A stretch of DNA of 61,961 nucleotides, filler included, from Pseudomonadota bacterium (GCA_043825735.1; 6 parts of 6 records of this genome joined end to end with filler, not necessarily neighbours in it), one strand, 5' to 3'; shown: positions 38,728-48,863, counted from the whole stretch's first letter. Translations and numbers: made by a program. The notes: a model not told the origin generated them from the letters alone.

Positions 38728-41109
38728 ATGGAAACAGCATTGGCGACACCCCTTTCCGTTTCCGATACGCGGATCGGCCGATTGCGCGCACGCATCATCG
38801 ATGCGCCACAGGAAGTGTGCATCGAACGGGCACGGTTTCTCACCCGGTCAATGGAAAAGCACTGGGAAGAAGACCCGCTCACCCGGATGAGCCACGCTCT
38901 GGCGCATATTCTTAAAAATATCAGCGTCATCATCCGAGACGACGAGTTGATCGTCGGGTGCCGCACGTCCAAGCTCAAAGGGGCCCCGCTGTTTCCGGAA
39001 AACAAGGCGCGCTGGCTGGAAGGGGACGCGGAAAACTTCGACCGGCGTGAAGTGCAGCGCGCCCTGATCACCGCTGCTGAAAAAACGGAGCTGCTCCAGG
39101 AGATCCTGCCGTTCTGGGCGGGGCGATGCGTCGAAGACGATTTCGAGGCCGCGCTGCCGGACGACATCATGGAGGACATGGACAAGTACATCTTCACCTT
39201 CATGCTGGAGATCACCTACGGCGTCGGCCATTTCACCATGAACCACCGGCAGGTGCTCGAAAAGGGCACCGGGTGCATTATCTCAGAGGCCCGGAAGCGT
39301 CTGGAGAAGTTGCCCGCACACGATCGGAATGGGCAACAGGGGCTCCTTTACCAGGCCATGATCCGTTCGCTCACCGCGGCGGTCACCTTTGCCGGTCGCT
39401 ACGCCGACCTTGCCGAAAAGATGGCCTTCGCCGAAAAGGACCCGGTCCGGGCCGAGGAGCTGCGACAGGTGGCCCGTGTTTGTCGAAGGGTACCCGCGCA
39501 TCCTGCCGAAACGTTCCATGAGGCGGTTCAGGCGATCTATTTTGTCCACCTCATCGCCCAGATCGAATCCGGGGGAAACTCCATCTCTCTGGGGCGGCTC
39601 GACCAGATTCTGTTGCCTTATTATGAGCGGGACATTGCCGCCGGCCGCATCGAGCCGGTCCGGGCCCGGGAGCTGGTGTCACTGCTGTTTCTCAAGATCA
39701 ACGAGATCTGGAACGTTCTGGAGGAAGCTTACATCCCCGGCGGTGAAGGCACCGAAGGAAAAACCACCCAGAACGTGGTGGTGGGGGGCATGGACGCCAA
39801 CGGCCGGGACGCCACCACCGCGCTGAGCTTCATCGTCATGGACGCCTACGCCCAGCTCAGAACGGTGCAGCCCAATTTCGGCGTGCGGCTGAGTCCGGAT
39901 GCGCCCGATCTTTTTTTCGCCCGGGCCGTCAGCTATGCCAAGGACGGCGTGCTGCTTCATTTTTTCAACGATGAGGCCATCGTGGCCTCCCTGGTGGATG
40001 CCGGTCATAGCCTCGAAGACGCGCGCGATTACGGTGTGGTCGGCTGCCTGGAACCGAGCGCCCAGGGAAAGACATTCGGGTCGACCTTTGCCGTTCAGTT
40101 CAACGGCATTAAATGCCTTGAATTCGCCCTGGCCAACGGCGTGGACAACATCTTCGGCTATCTGTCAGGTCTTGAGACCGGCGATCCGGCCGGTTTTACC
40201 GATTTTGAGCAACTGTGGCAGGCCTATGACCGGCAGGTGACCCACTATGTCAAACAGATGGTCCGGGGGATCACCTGCCTCGATGCGGCCATCGCCGCAA
40301 AGGTGCCCTCGCCGTTTGCCTCGGCCATGATCGATGGCCCCATGGACACCGGACGCGATCTCACGCGCGGCGGTGCCGTGTACAATTCGACAGGCGTGCA
40401 GCTCATCGGGTTTTCAAATATCGCCGACAGCCTGACTGCTGTGAAAAAATGTGTCTTCGATGAGGGCCGGTTCACCATGGCGGATCTTTCCCGGTGGCTC
40501 TCCGACGACTGGACCGATGCCGAGTCCGCACAGGCCTATTCTTTGAACAAGGTGCCCAAATACGGAAACGACGACGACGGGGCCGATGCCATGGCCGCGC
40601 AGGTGATGCACCATTTTTGCGACGTCCTTTCCGTCCACACCAACTTTCGCGGCGGGCGTTTCTGGCCGGGGATCTTCTCGGTGGGATTTCACATCACCAT
40701 GGGCGCGTTTACCGGGGCCACCCCGGACGGCCGCTATGCCGGCGACGTTTTGGGAAACGGCATCACGCCCAGCGAAGGACGCGCGGTGTCCGGCCCCACG
40801 GCACTGATGAATTCCGTCGTCAAGCTTCCCTTGCGGCGGGTTACCAACGGACTCAATCTCAACATGCGTTTTGACGGGGAGTCGATCAACCCCGCCATTT
40901 TTCGGAGTATTATCAAAACTTACTTCCAGAAGGGCGGGGTTCAGGTTCAGTTCAACATGGTGGGCACCGCCATGCTGGAAGCGGCACAAAAAGATCCAAG
41001 GAAATACCGCGACCTCATCGTGAGAATCAGCGGCTATTCGGGTATTTTCGTCAACCTGAGCGACATCGCCCAGGAGGAGATTATCCGGCGGACACGCTAT
41101 ACCCTTTAA
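38728..41109 (+). CDS. Glycyl radical enzyme (PFL2/diol dehydratase-like, substrate unknown)
   Basis: CIERA, DELIVG, GRLDQ, Cys loop GCLEP, PKYGND, ATPDGR, Gly loop LIVRISGYS; RBS AGGAGGT. Confidence 0.93.
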   Translation: METALATPLSVSDTRIGRLRARIIDAPQEVCIERARFLTRSMEKHWEEDPLTRMSHALAHILKNISVIIRDDELIVGCRTSKLKGAPLFPENKARWLEGDAENFDRREVQRALITAAEKTELLQEILPFWAGRCVEDDFEAALPDDIMEDMDKYIFTFMLEITYGVGHFTMNHRQVLEKGTGCIISEARKRLEKLPAHDRNGQQGLLYQAMIRSLTAAVTFAGRYADLAEKMAFAEKDPVRAEELRQVARVCRRVPAHPAETFHEAVQAIYFVHLIAQIESGGNSISLGRLDQILLPYYERDIAAGRIEPVRARELVSLLFLKINEIWNVLEEAYIPGGEGTEGKTTQNVVVGGMDANGRDATTALSFIVMDAYAQLRTVQPNFGVRLSPDAPDLFFARAVSYAKDGVLLHFFNDEAIVASLVDAGHSLEDARDYGVVGCLEPSAQGKTFGSTFAVQFNGIKCLEFALANGVDNIFGYLSGLETGDPAGFTDFEQLWQAYDRQVTHYVKQMVRGITCLDAAIAAKVPSPFASAMIDGPMDTGRDLTRGGAVYNSTGVQLIGFSNIADSLTAVKKCVFDEGRFTMADLSRWLSDDWTDAESAQAYSLNKVPKYGNDDDGADAMAAQVMHHFCDVLSVHTNFRGGRFWPGIFSVGFHITMGAFTGATPDGRYAGDVLGNGITPSEGRAVSGPTALMNSVVKLPLRRVTNGLNLNMRFDGESINPAIFRSIIKTYFQKGGVQVQFNMVGTAMLEAAQKDPRKYRDLIVRISGYSGIFVNLSDIAQEEIIRRTRYTL

Positions 41110-41134
41110 CTGGATGAATGTGAGGAGCACGCCG

Positions 41135-42070
41135 ATGAGCAAGGTGATGACCACAAAGGATGCCATCTCCCGGTTCGTGAGCCCCGGCGATTTTCTCTTT
41201 ATCGGGGGCTACATCTGCCGGACACCGTTTTCAGCCATTCACGAGATCATCCGTCAGGGCAAGGGCGATCTCACGATTACCCGAAGCAATGCGGCCGATG
41301 ATTTCGACATGCTCATCGGCGCCGGCCTGGTGAAACGATTCTTCGCCACATTTCTCTCTCTGGGCATTTACGGCCTGGGCCGGTGCTACCGCCGGTCCAT
41401 GGAGCACGGCATTCCCAGAAAGATAGAAGTCGAGGAATACACCAACCTGTCGCTGCCCATGATGCTCAAGGCCGGGGCCTTGGGGATTCCCTTCATACCG
41501 GTGCGCGACATGGTCGGCACGGATCTTCTCAACGTGAAGTCTTTCATGGGCGATGGGAAATACAAGATGATCGACTCGCCCTTCGACGGCAGCCCGACGC
41601 TGCTGGTGCCGGCCCTCAACCCAGATGTGGCCATCATTCATGTTCAGCAGGCCGATGAAGAGGGAAATGCCCAGATCTGGGGCATCGGCGGAGACTGCCA
41701 GATGGGAGCCAACGCAGCCAAAAAAGTGATCGTCACCTGCGAGCGCATCGTGAGCCGGGAGGTCATCGGAAAGGACCCCTCGCGTACCATCGTCCCCGCG
41801 TTCAAGGTGGTGGCGGTGGTGGAAGAGCCCTTCGGCGCGCACCCGGGGTACACGCCGGGGTTTTACGACGTGGATTTCGGTATGGGATACCTCTACCAGC
41901 AGGCCTCCAATACTGTCGAAGGGCTGGACGCCTTTCTCAAGGAATGGGTCTTCGATATCGAAGACCGCAGCGCCTACATCCAGCACTACATCGCACGCTT
42001 TGGCTACGCCGCCTTCAAAAAACTGGCGGCGGCCTTTGATTACAGCTATCCGGTCAACTACGGGTACTGA
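41135..42070 (+). CDS. Family I CoA-transferase subunit A (GctA-like)
   Basis: AIHEIIRQG, AGALGIPF, PALNPDVAIIHVQQADEEGN, PFGAHP. Confidence 0.88.
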   Translation: MSKVMTTKDAISRFVSPGDFLFIGGYICRTPFSAIHEIIRQGKGDLTITRSNAADDFDMLIGAGLVKRFFATFLSLGIYGLGRCYRRSMEHGIPRKIEVEEYTNLSLPMMLKAGALGIPFIPVRDMVGTDLLNVKSFMGDGKYKMIDSPFDGSPTLLVPALNPDVAIIHVQQADEEGNAQIWGIGGDCQMGANAAKKVIVTCERIVSREVIGKDPSRTIVPAFKVVAVVEEPFGAHPGYTPGFYDVDFGMGYLYQQASNTVEGLDAFLKEWVFDIEDRSAYIQHYIARFGYAAFKKLAAAFDYSYPVNYGY

Positions 42071-42107
42071 GGATAACATTGACGTTGCCCCGGCAGATGA
42101 AAGATCA

Positions 42108-42189
42108 ACCACGAAGAACACGAAGATCACGAAGATAAAAACTAAATGCAGTGGAATAAACACTTCGTGATCTTCGTGCACTTCGTGGT
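42108..42189. repeat. Intergenic inverted repeat with 9-nt period (cacgaag x3 / cttcgtg x3)
   Basis: accacgaagaacacgaagatcacgaag ... cttcgtgatcttcgtgcacttcgtggt. Confidence 0.85.
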
Positions 42190-42295
42190 GATAAACCCGT
42201 AGCGGAGTCTAACCGTTGTCACAGTGAAGCTTGGTCATTGTAGATCGACGGAATACATTTTCCCTGCAAACCAGACATTGGAGGGAGCAACCACA

Positions 42296-43096
42296 ATGGG
42301 TACCGATCAAAAAAAGTATATCAAACCGGAGTTGATGGCCTGCTGCGGTGCCAGGGAAATCAAGGACGGCGACGTGGTGATCGTCGGCACCGGGTTTCCC
42401 GCCATGGCAGCCAACATCGCCAAGCACACTCACGCGCCGCGGGCCGTGATGATGCAGGAGTCGGGCGTCATCGACGCCCGGCCCAAGCGTCCGGCCCTGT
42501 CGGTGGGCGATCCCTGCCTGAACCCCGGCGCGGCCATGATCGGCGGACTGGTGGAGATCATGGGCATGGTGCTTCAGGCCGGCTGGGTGGACGTGGGCTT
42601 TCTTTCGGGCAGCCAGGTGGACCGGTTCGGCAACATCAACACCACCGTCATCGGCGATTATCAAAATCCCAAGAGCCGGCTGCCCGGCAGCGGCGGGGCA
42701 AATCCCATCGGCGCCCTGGCCAAAAGGACCCTGATCATCGCCCTGCACGACAAGCGGCGATTGGCGGAAAAAGTCGATTTCATCACCACGGCGGGCTATC
42801 TCGACGGTCCCGGGGCCCGCGAAAAATGGGGGCTCCCGCCAGGGACCGGTCCGCGGTGCATCATCACCAACAAGGCCGTGCTCCGGTTCGACGCGGAGAC
42901 CAAGGAGGCCTACCTTTTTTCCTATCACCCGGACTGCACCATCGAGGAGATCGTGGCCAACACGCCGTGGGACCTTAAGGTCCCGGACAACGTCGGACCG
43001 ACCGAGCCGCCCACCCCGGAGGAGCTGCGGGTGCTTCGGGAAGTTCTGGATCCTCACGGGATGATCCGTATCTATGAAACCAAGGGGTATGTTTAG
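42296..43096 (+). CDS. Family I CoA-transferase subunit B (GctB-like)
   Basis: VGTGFP, QESG (candidate catalytic Glu), QVDRFGNINTT, RLPGSGGA. Confidence 0.88.
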   Translation: MGTDQKKYIKPELMACCGAREIKDGDVVIVGTGFPAMAANIAKHTHAPRAVMMQESGVIDARPKRPALSVGDPCLNPGAAMIGGLVEIMGMVLQAGWVDVGFLSGSQVDRFGNINTTVIGDYQNPKSRLPGSGGANPIGALAKRTLIIALHDKRRLAEKVDFITTAGYLDGPGAREKWGLPPGTGPRCIITNKAVLRFDAETKEAYLFSYHPDCTIEEIVANTPWDLKVPDNVGPTEPPTPEELRVLREVLDPHGMIRIYETKGYV

Positions 43097-43339
43097 AATA
43101 CCATTCCAAATCGAAATCGGGATCGCTATCGAAATCGAAATGTTATTGACGTCGCGTGCCGGACCACGGGGGTATCGGCGGCCTCTCGACAGGCGCCCTG
43201 GAATGAGACGACGTAATGGCTGACGGCCTGGCGGTGTAAATCGATTTCGATCCCGGGGAAATCAACCACCAGTGAAATCAAGTGGTGTGATGAACCCCGA
43301 ATTTTCAATGATCCACGCTTACCGGGAAAGGAAAACCAT

Positions 43340-44707
43340 ATGGACGAAACGCGTCAACTGGCCGCCTTCTGCTCGGCCGTATCACTTTCATCCCTGCCGC
43401 CGGCGGTGGTCCACAAGGCCAAGCTGTGCATACTCGACTACATCGCCAATATCTACGGATCGCTGGAGCTCGACACCGTGTGGAAGGTCGTGAATCTTAT
43501 CCGTTCGGTTGAGGCGGCGGAAAAGATCACCGCCCTGGGTTGCGGGTTCAAGACGGACATCCACCAGGCGGCCTTTATCAACGGCACCACCGCTGAGGCC
43601 ATCGAGGCCCAGGACGGTCTCAGGTTCGGCGGCAACCATCCGGGGGCTGCGGTGATCCCGGCAGCCCTGGCCGTGGCCGAGGAAACCGGTGCCGACGGCG
43701 GTGCGCTGATCGCCGCCGTTGTGGCCGGATACGAAGCGGCCAACCGGTCCGCTGCGGCCATGCACCCCTGGCATACCCTCAACGGGTTTTTGCCCACGGG
43801 AACCTGTGGTACCTTCGGTGCGGCCGTGGCCGCCGCAAAACTCAGGGGCCTGGATGCCGAAGGCCTGCTCAACGCAGTGGGCAATGCAGGATATTTACTT
43901 CCCATTTCCATGGCCGAGCATCTCATGGGCGGGTACACCATCAAGATCGTGCAGGGCGGCCAGGCAGCCAGCGCCGGCATCATGGCCGCTGGACTGGCCG
44001 GCGCCGGCGTCACCGGCGCCCCTTATGTGCTGGAAGGCTCGGCGCTAAATGGGGGGTTCACAAAGATCACTGCCGCCGCCCCGCCCACTCTGGCGCGGAT
44101 CACCGACGGTCTGGGTGAGCACTACTCCATCATGGATATTTACTTCAAGCCCTATACGGCCTGTCGTCACACCCACGGCGCCGCCCAGGCCGCACTGGCG
44201 CTGGCCGAATCCAGGGGCGTCGATCCGGCGGCGATCACCGAGATTCTGGTTGAAACATACGGCATTGCCGAGCTTGCCGTGGGCAAGGGGGTGGGCGCGG
44301 ACAGCTCTTTTGTATCGGCGCAGTTTTCCATCCCCTACGTGGTGGCCGTCTGCCTTACCGACGGCGCCCTGGGGCCTCGGCAGCTTGCTGAAAAGCGCAT
44401 CAAAGATCCGGCGCTGCTCGCTCTGGCGGCGAAGGTTGTGGTCAAAACCGATGAGCAATTCAACAGCGCCTATCCCGGGAAGACCTCCAGCCGAATCACC
44501 ATTTCGTTTATCGACGGAACTTCGGTGTCTGAGCAGGTGGACATCCCCACCGGGGACCCGAGAGATCCGATGGATGCCACCGCCATCGGTGACAAGCTCT
44601 ACCGGTTTGCCGGAGATCGGGACCGGGGCAAGTCGTCGGAAATCATTTCTCTGGTGCTCGATCTGGAAAACCAGCCGGATATCCGGCGGCTGGCGTCGTT
44701 GATCTAG
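43340..44707 (+). CDS. MmgE/PrpD family protein
   Basis: AAFINGT, HPGAAVIPAALA, AVVAGYE, FKPYTACRHTH, AQFSIPY, GDPRDPM. Confidence 0.9.
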   Translation: MDETRQLAAFCSAVSLSSLPPAVVHKAKLCILDYIANIYGSLELDTVWKVVNLIRSVEAAEKITALGCGFKTDIHQAAFINGTTAEAIEAQDGLRFGGNHPGAAVIPAALAVAEETGADGGALIAAVVAGYEAANRSAAAMHPWHTLNGFLPTGTCGTFGAAVAAAKLRGLDAEGLLNAVGNAGYLLPISMAEHLMGGYTIKIVQGGQAASAGIMAAGLAGAGVTGAPYVLEGSALNGGFTKITAAAPPTLARITDGLGEHYSIMDIYFKPYTACRHTHGAAQAALALAESRGVDPAAITEILVETYGIAELAVGKGVGADSSFVSAQFSIPYVVAVCLTDGALGPRQLAEKRIKDPALLALAAKVVVKTDEQFNSAYPGKTSSRITISFIDGTSVSEQVDIPTGDPRDPMDATAIGDKLYRFAGDRDRGKSSEIISLVLDLENQPDIRRLASLI

Positions 44708-44764
44708 AATGCGCTTATGCAAAAAGCTCCAGTTGGTCTTTTCCTAAAGTGATATTGAACCAGT

Positions 44765-44995
44765 CACGGAGGACACGGAGATTTTATAAACAAAATTAAT
44801 CGCTTTTGGTTTTCTCCGTGCCCTCCGTGACTCCGTGGTGATCACAATGTCATCGGGGCCACCGGTCTTTGACGCTAAACTGGCGTTTCATAGAGAAGCG
44901 GAAATTAGAAATCACAACAGAGTCCGCAAAGAGCGCAGAGGCAAACCGTTAATCATGCGATGAGTTCTCTGCGGACCTCTGCGATCTCTGTGGTT
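44765..44995. repeat. Two intergenic inverted repeats with about 9-nt period
   Basis: cacggaggacacggag ... ctccgtgccctccgtgactccgtggt (44765-44839); acagagtccgcaaagagcgcagag ... ctctgcggacctctgcgatctctgtggtt (44913-44995). Confidence 0.75.
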
Positions 44996-45056
44996 CAAAA
45001 TCATTTATGCGATTTCACTCGATTCAAAGGCTTCTCAGTAAAATAAAGGAAAGTTA

Positions 45057-46217
45057 ATGGATTTCAATCTGAGCAAAGAACAAACAATGCTCCTGGAGAG
45101 CCTGCGGGACATGGCCAGACGGGAGAAGTTCAAGGAACTGGCCGCCCACATCGATCGGACAGGGGAGTTTCCCGAGCACCTGATGCCCAAATTCGCCGAA
45201 ATGGGACTTTTGGGGATGACCCTTTCTCCGGAATACGGCGGCGTGGGGGAAAGCGCGCTCACCGCCGTGCTGGCCATCGAGGAGCTCGCCAAATACAGCC
45301 CCATGATCGCCGCGCCGGTCTTCGAGTCCAACGTGGGCCCGGTCCGGGTCATCGACATGTTCGGCACCGCCGCACAGAAAGCCGCCATCATTCCCGGTGT
45401 CTGCCGCGGCGAGAACAGCGTTTCGGTGTGCATGACAGAGCCCGAAGCCGGCTCGGATCTCACCAGCCTCAAAACGTGCGTGGAAGACAAGGGCGACCAT
45501 CTGCTGCTGAACGGGAGAAAGGTGTTCATCACCGGTGGCGGGCACGCCAGTCACTATCTTGTCTACTGCCGGTTCGGTGAAAAACCCGGCTACAAGGCCA
45601 TCGGGGCGGTGATCGCCGAAAAGGGTATGGCCGGTTTTACCTTCGGCAAACAGGAACAATACATGGGCCTTCGGGGGATGCCCTCCTGCGATCTTTTCTT
45701 CGACAATGTGAAAATCCCCAAGGAAAACGTGGTGATCAACAAGGGAGAATTCGGCAATCTGATGATGACCTTCGACATCGAGCGCTGCGGCAACGCGGCC
45801 ATGTGTCTGGGCGTGGCCGGCGGCGCCATGGCGGCGGCCAAAAACTACGCCCTTCAGCGCGAAGCATTCGGAAAGCAGATCTGCGAATTTCAGGCCATCC
45901 AGTTCATGGTGGCCGAGATGGCCATGAAACTGGATGCGGCCAAACTGCTGGTCTACCGGGCCGCCACCGGGGCGGGCCAGGGGTTGCCCTCCATCTACGA
46001 GGCATCCCTGGGCAAGTGCTACGCCAACGAGATGGTCAAGGAAGTCACCGATCTGGCCATTCAGATATTCGGCGGATACGGGTATTCAACCGAGTTCCCG
46101 CTGGAGCGGATGCTCCGGGACGCCCGGGCGTGGGGGGTCGCCGGCGGAACGCTTCAGATGCTCAAGATCACCGTGGCCAGCATGATTTTCGGCAGGCGCT
46201 TCGATCAGCGTAAGTAA
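45057..46217 (+). CDS. Acyl-CoA dehydrogenase
   Basis: MTEPEAGSD, LNGRKVFITGG, REAFGKQI, AIQIFGGYGY. Confidence 0.93.
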   Translation: MDFNLSKEQTMLLESLRDMARREKFKELAAHIDRTGEFPEHLMPKFAEMGLLGMTLSPEYGGVGESALTAVLAIEELAKYSPMIAAPVFESNVGPVRVIDMFGTAAQKAAIIPGVCRGENSVSVCMTEPEAGSDLTSLKTCVEDKGDHLLLNGRKVFITGGGHASHYLVYCRFGEKPGYKAIGAVIAEKGMAGFTFGKQEQYMGLRGMPSCDLFFDNVKIPKENVVINKGEFGNLMMTFDIERCGNAAMCLGVAGGAMAAAKNYALQREAFGKQICEFQAIQFMVAEMAMKLDAAKLLVYRAATGAGQGLPSIYEASLGKCYANEMVKEVTDLAIQIFGGYGYSTEFPLERMLRDARAWGVAGGTLQMLKITVASMIFGRRFDQRK

Positions 46218-46257
46218 CATCCGGATAATCCGGGTCAACCCAAATGGGAGAGACGTC

Positions 46258-46698
46258 ATGAGTCAGTACTATCGGGACGGGGAGCATCTTTACGAAATCT
46301 ACAACTATTTTCTGGATCAGGTGCTGAAGGACGAAAAGATCGGGCCCAAGATGGCCAAGGCCAACATTATTATCAAATTCATCTACACCGACCCGGACTG
46401 CGAGATCACCATCGATCTAAAAAATCCGCCGGCCAAGGAAGGCTATTACGGCACCTTTTACCTCGGGCCCACCGATTTGAAGGAAGATGTCTGGAGCAAG
46501 CAAAGCGCCGACCACTCCCACCGGTTCTGGCACGGGTTCGAGAATCCAGTGGCAGCCGTGACCCGGGGCAAGGTCAAGCAGGGCGGCAAGATCACCGCCA
46601 TGCTCAAACTGCTGCCCGTGGTCAAGCCTACCTTCAAGCGGTTCCCCGAGATCCTTCGGGAAATGGGATACGACGAGCTGGTGGTGACCAAAAAATAG
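46258..46698 (+). CDS. SCP2 (sterol carrier)-like lipid-binding protein
   Basis: ADHSHRFWHG.ENPVAAVTRGKVKQGGKITAMLKL resembles the SCP2 C-terminal pattern. Confidence 0.6.
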   Translation: MSQYYRDGEHLYEIYNYFLDQVLKDEKIGPKMAKANIIIKFIYTDPDCEITIDLKNPPAKEGYYGTFYLGPTDLKEDVWSKQSADHSHRFWHGFENPVAAVTRGKVKQGGKITAMLKLLPVVKPTFKRFPEILREMGYDELVVTKK

Positions 46699-46736
46699 AT
46701 AAGCGGATACCGACTCTTTATTAGGGAAAAATTCCG

Positions 46737-48611
46737 ATGAACGGCAATACCGGAATCATTCTACGCATCGATCTTTCACAGGGCAGAACCACCCTGGAGC
46801 ATTTGCCCGAGGCCGTCTACCGGCAGTACGTGGGCGGCAGCGGACTGGCGGCCAAGTACTTCTGGGAAAACGGCGACTTCGACGCGGACCCGCTCTCACC
46901 GAAGGCCATGCTGATCTTCATGAACGGCCCCTTTGCGGGGCTTCGGCTATCAGGCGCCAGCCGCAGCAGTGTGGCCGGGCGCTCGCCCCTCACCGGGGCC
47001 TGGGGGGATTCTTCCAGCGGCGGGTATTTCGCCCCGGCGCTCCGGTACGCCGGCTTTGACGGCATCGTCATTACCGGCCGCGCGTCGACGCCGGTGCTGT
47101 TGCGGATCCATGACAACGGTGCAGACATCGAGGACGCCGGCCACCTGTGGGGGCGCACCGTCAGCGAGACCGACGCTCAGCTTAAAAGTGACTATGGGAA
47201 GTTCTGTCGGACCCTGGTGATCGGGCCGGCCGGTGAAAACCGGGTGCGATTTGCCAATATCATGGGTGAGGCGCACCACGCCTTCGGCCGGGCCGGGTTC
47301 GGCGCTGTCATGGGCGCCAAGCAGCTCAAGGCCATTTCCGTCACCACCGGTCGGCGGCAAATGAACGTGGCCGATCCTGACGCCTACGCGGCAATACGAC
47401 AGACCATCAACACCCAGGTCCGTGAATCGGTGACGGCCATGGTCCTGGGCGAGCTCGGCACGGCGGCCAAACTGGAATACGGCGTTGCCATGGGGGATGT
47501 GCCCATACGAAACTGGACGTCCAGCACCTGGGAAGAAATGGGGGAGGCCCTCACCGGCAGCACGCTTTCAGAGACCTATCTCACGGGGCGCCGGTCCTGC
47601 GCGTTTTGCAGCATTGCCTGCAAGCGCATCGTCCGGGTGGATGAAGGGCCTTTTGCCGTGTCCAAAGGGCCGGGGCCGGAGTACGAGACCATCGTCTCCT
47701 TTGGCGCGCTGCTGGGGTCCATGGATCTGGCAGCCACCTGCAAGGCCGCCAGGGTCTGCAACGAGGCCGGAATGGACACCATCTCCGCCGGGGCCACCCT
47801 GGCTTGGGCCACCGAGGCCATGGAGAAGGGCGCACTGTCCGATGAGGACACTGGCGGGCTACGGCTGACATGGGGAAACATGTCCGATTATATCGACATG
47901 CTCCAGCGCATTGCCGGAAGACAAGGTCCTTTGGGACGACTTTTGGCCGACGGTAGCGTGGCGGCTGCGATAAAAACAGGAAAGGGCGCCCTTGACTACA
48001 CGGCTCACAGCAAGGGTCTGGAAGCGCCCATGCACGACCCCCGGGGCGGCGGTCACGGTCTGGCCCTGGCCTATGCGGTCAGCCCCCGCGGCGGCTGTCA
48101 CGTGGCAACTGCCATGCTTCCCATGGAATCGGGCGCCTGCTATTACCCGGAAATCGGTTTCGACGTCGAACTGGAGCCCATGACCGACCGGGACAAGGCC
48201 ATGGCGGCTGTGGTGGCCACCGAAATGGGGGCCATCGAAAACAGCGCCTGCTACTGCCAGTTCGCCGACCGGGATCTCACGCTGACCCAGTGGGTGGGAC
48301 TTTTCGACGCCGTGGCCGGCTACGGCTGGGACATCCGCGACATGCTGCGGGCCGGCCGTCGGGTGTTTTATCTCAAACGCCTGCTCAACTACCGCTACGG
48401 TCTGACCGCGGCCGATGACGTACTGCCCCCGCGAATGCTGGAACCGGCCAGCGACGGCGAGCCCGAGGGCATCCGTATGAATTTCTCAAAAATGCTTTCG
48501 GAATTTTACGCCCGCATGGTCATGGACCCGGAAAGGGGGATTCCCCGAAGGGGGGCCCTTGAAGGATACGACATGGCGTCTGAAGCGGATGTGGTGTGGC
48601 CGCCGGCATGA
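46737..48611 (+). CDS. Aldehyde:ferredoxin oxidoreductase family (W/Mo-pterin)
   Basis: ILRIDLS, RSPLTG, IGPAGEN, GRAGFGAVMGAKQLKAI, CAFCSIAC, GPEYET, GMDTIS, HDPRG, RGGCH. Confidence 0.92.
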   Translation: MNGNTGIILRIDLSQGRTTLEHLPEAVYRQYVGGSGLAAKYFWENGDFDADPLSPKAMLIFMNGPFAGLRLSGASRSSVAGRSPLTGAWGDSSSGGYFAPALRYAGFDGIVITGRASTPVLLRIHDNGADIEDAGHLWGRTVSETDAQLKSDYGKFCRTLVIGPAGENRVRFANIMGEAHHAFGRAGFGAVMGAKQLKAISVTTGRRQMNVADPDAYAAIRQTINTQVRESVTAMVLGELGTAAKLEYGVAMGDVPIRNWTSSTWEEMGEALTGSTLSETYLTGRRSCAFCSIACKRIVRVDEGPFAVSKGPGPEYETIVSFGALLGSMDLAATCKAARVCNEAGMDTISAGATLAWATEAMEKGALSDEDTGGLRLTWGNMSDYIDMLQRIAGRQGPLGRLLADGSVAAAIKTGKGALDYTAHSKGLEAPMHDPRGGGHGLALAYAVSPRGGCHVATAMLPMESGACYYPEIGFDVELEPMTDRDKAMAAVVATEMGAIENSACYCQFADRDLTLTQWVGLFDAVAGYGWDIRDMLRAGRRVFYLKRLLNYRYGLTAADDVLPPRMLEPASDGEPEGIRMNFSKMLSEFYARMVMDPERGIPRRGALEGYDMASEADVVWPPA

Positions 48612-48626
48612 GGGGTGAGGGCGCCG

Positions 48627-48863
48627 TTACGGCGCTGGATGCAGTATCGCCCCGCACTGCTCGCACCGGTACCGGGGCGCGGCGTTTCCTTCCGGAGCGA
48701 TTTCATCGAAGTCAAACCGTCTTTTCCCGCTTGCTTCAAAGCACTCCGGGCAGTACCCGTCCCCAAGGTCTTCGGCCCTGATCGTCAGATGGCAGTGTCG
48801 GCAGCGCAGCCGGCGGGCTGCCGTCGGAATCAATACGATTTCGGTATGTGGACAATCGGTCAT
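48627..48863 (-). CDS. Small Zn-ribbon protein
   Basis: CRHC, CPEC, CEQC pairs in 78 aa. Confidence 0.6.
   Translation of the reverse strand: MTDCPHTEIVLIPTAARRLRCRHCHLTIRAEDLGDGYCPECFEASGKRRFDFDEIAPEGNAAPRYRCEQCGAILHPAP

Noticed and set aside
38728..41109. Pyruvate formate-lyase or benzylsuccinate synthase
   Set aside because: Single Cys in GCLEP rather than the PFL CC pair; no small Bss-type subunits or bbs genes nearby
41135..43096. IpdAB steroid ring hydrolase
   Set aside because: Subunit B keeps a GctB-type ESG glutamate, favouring a true CoA-transferase (comparison from memory)
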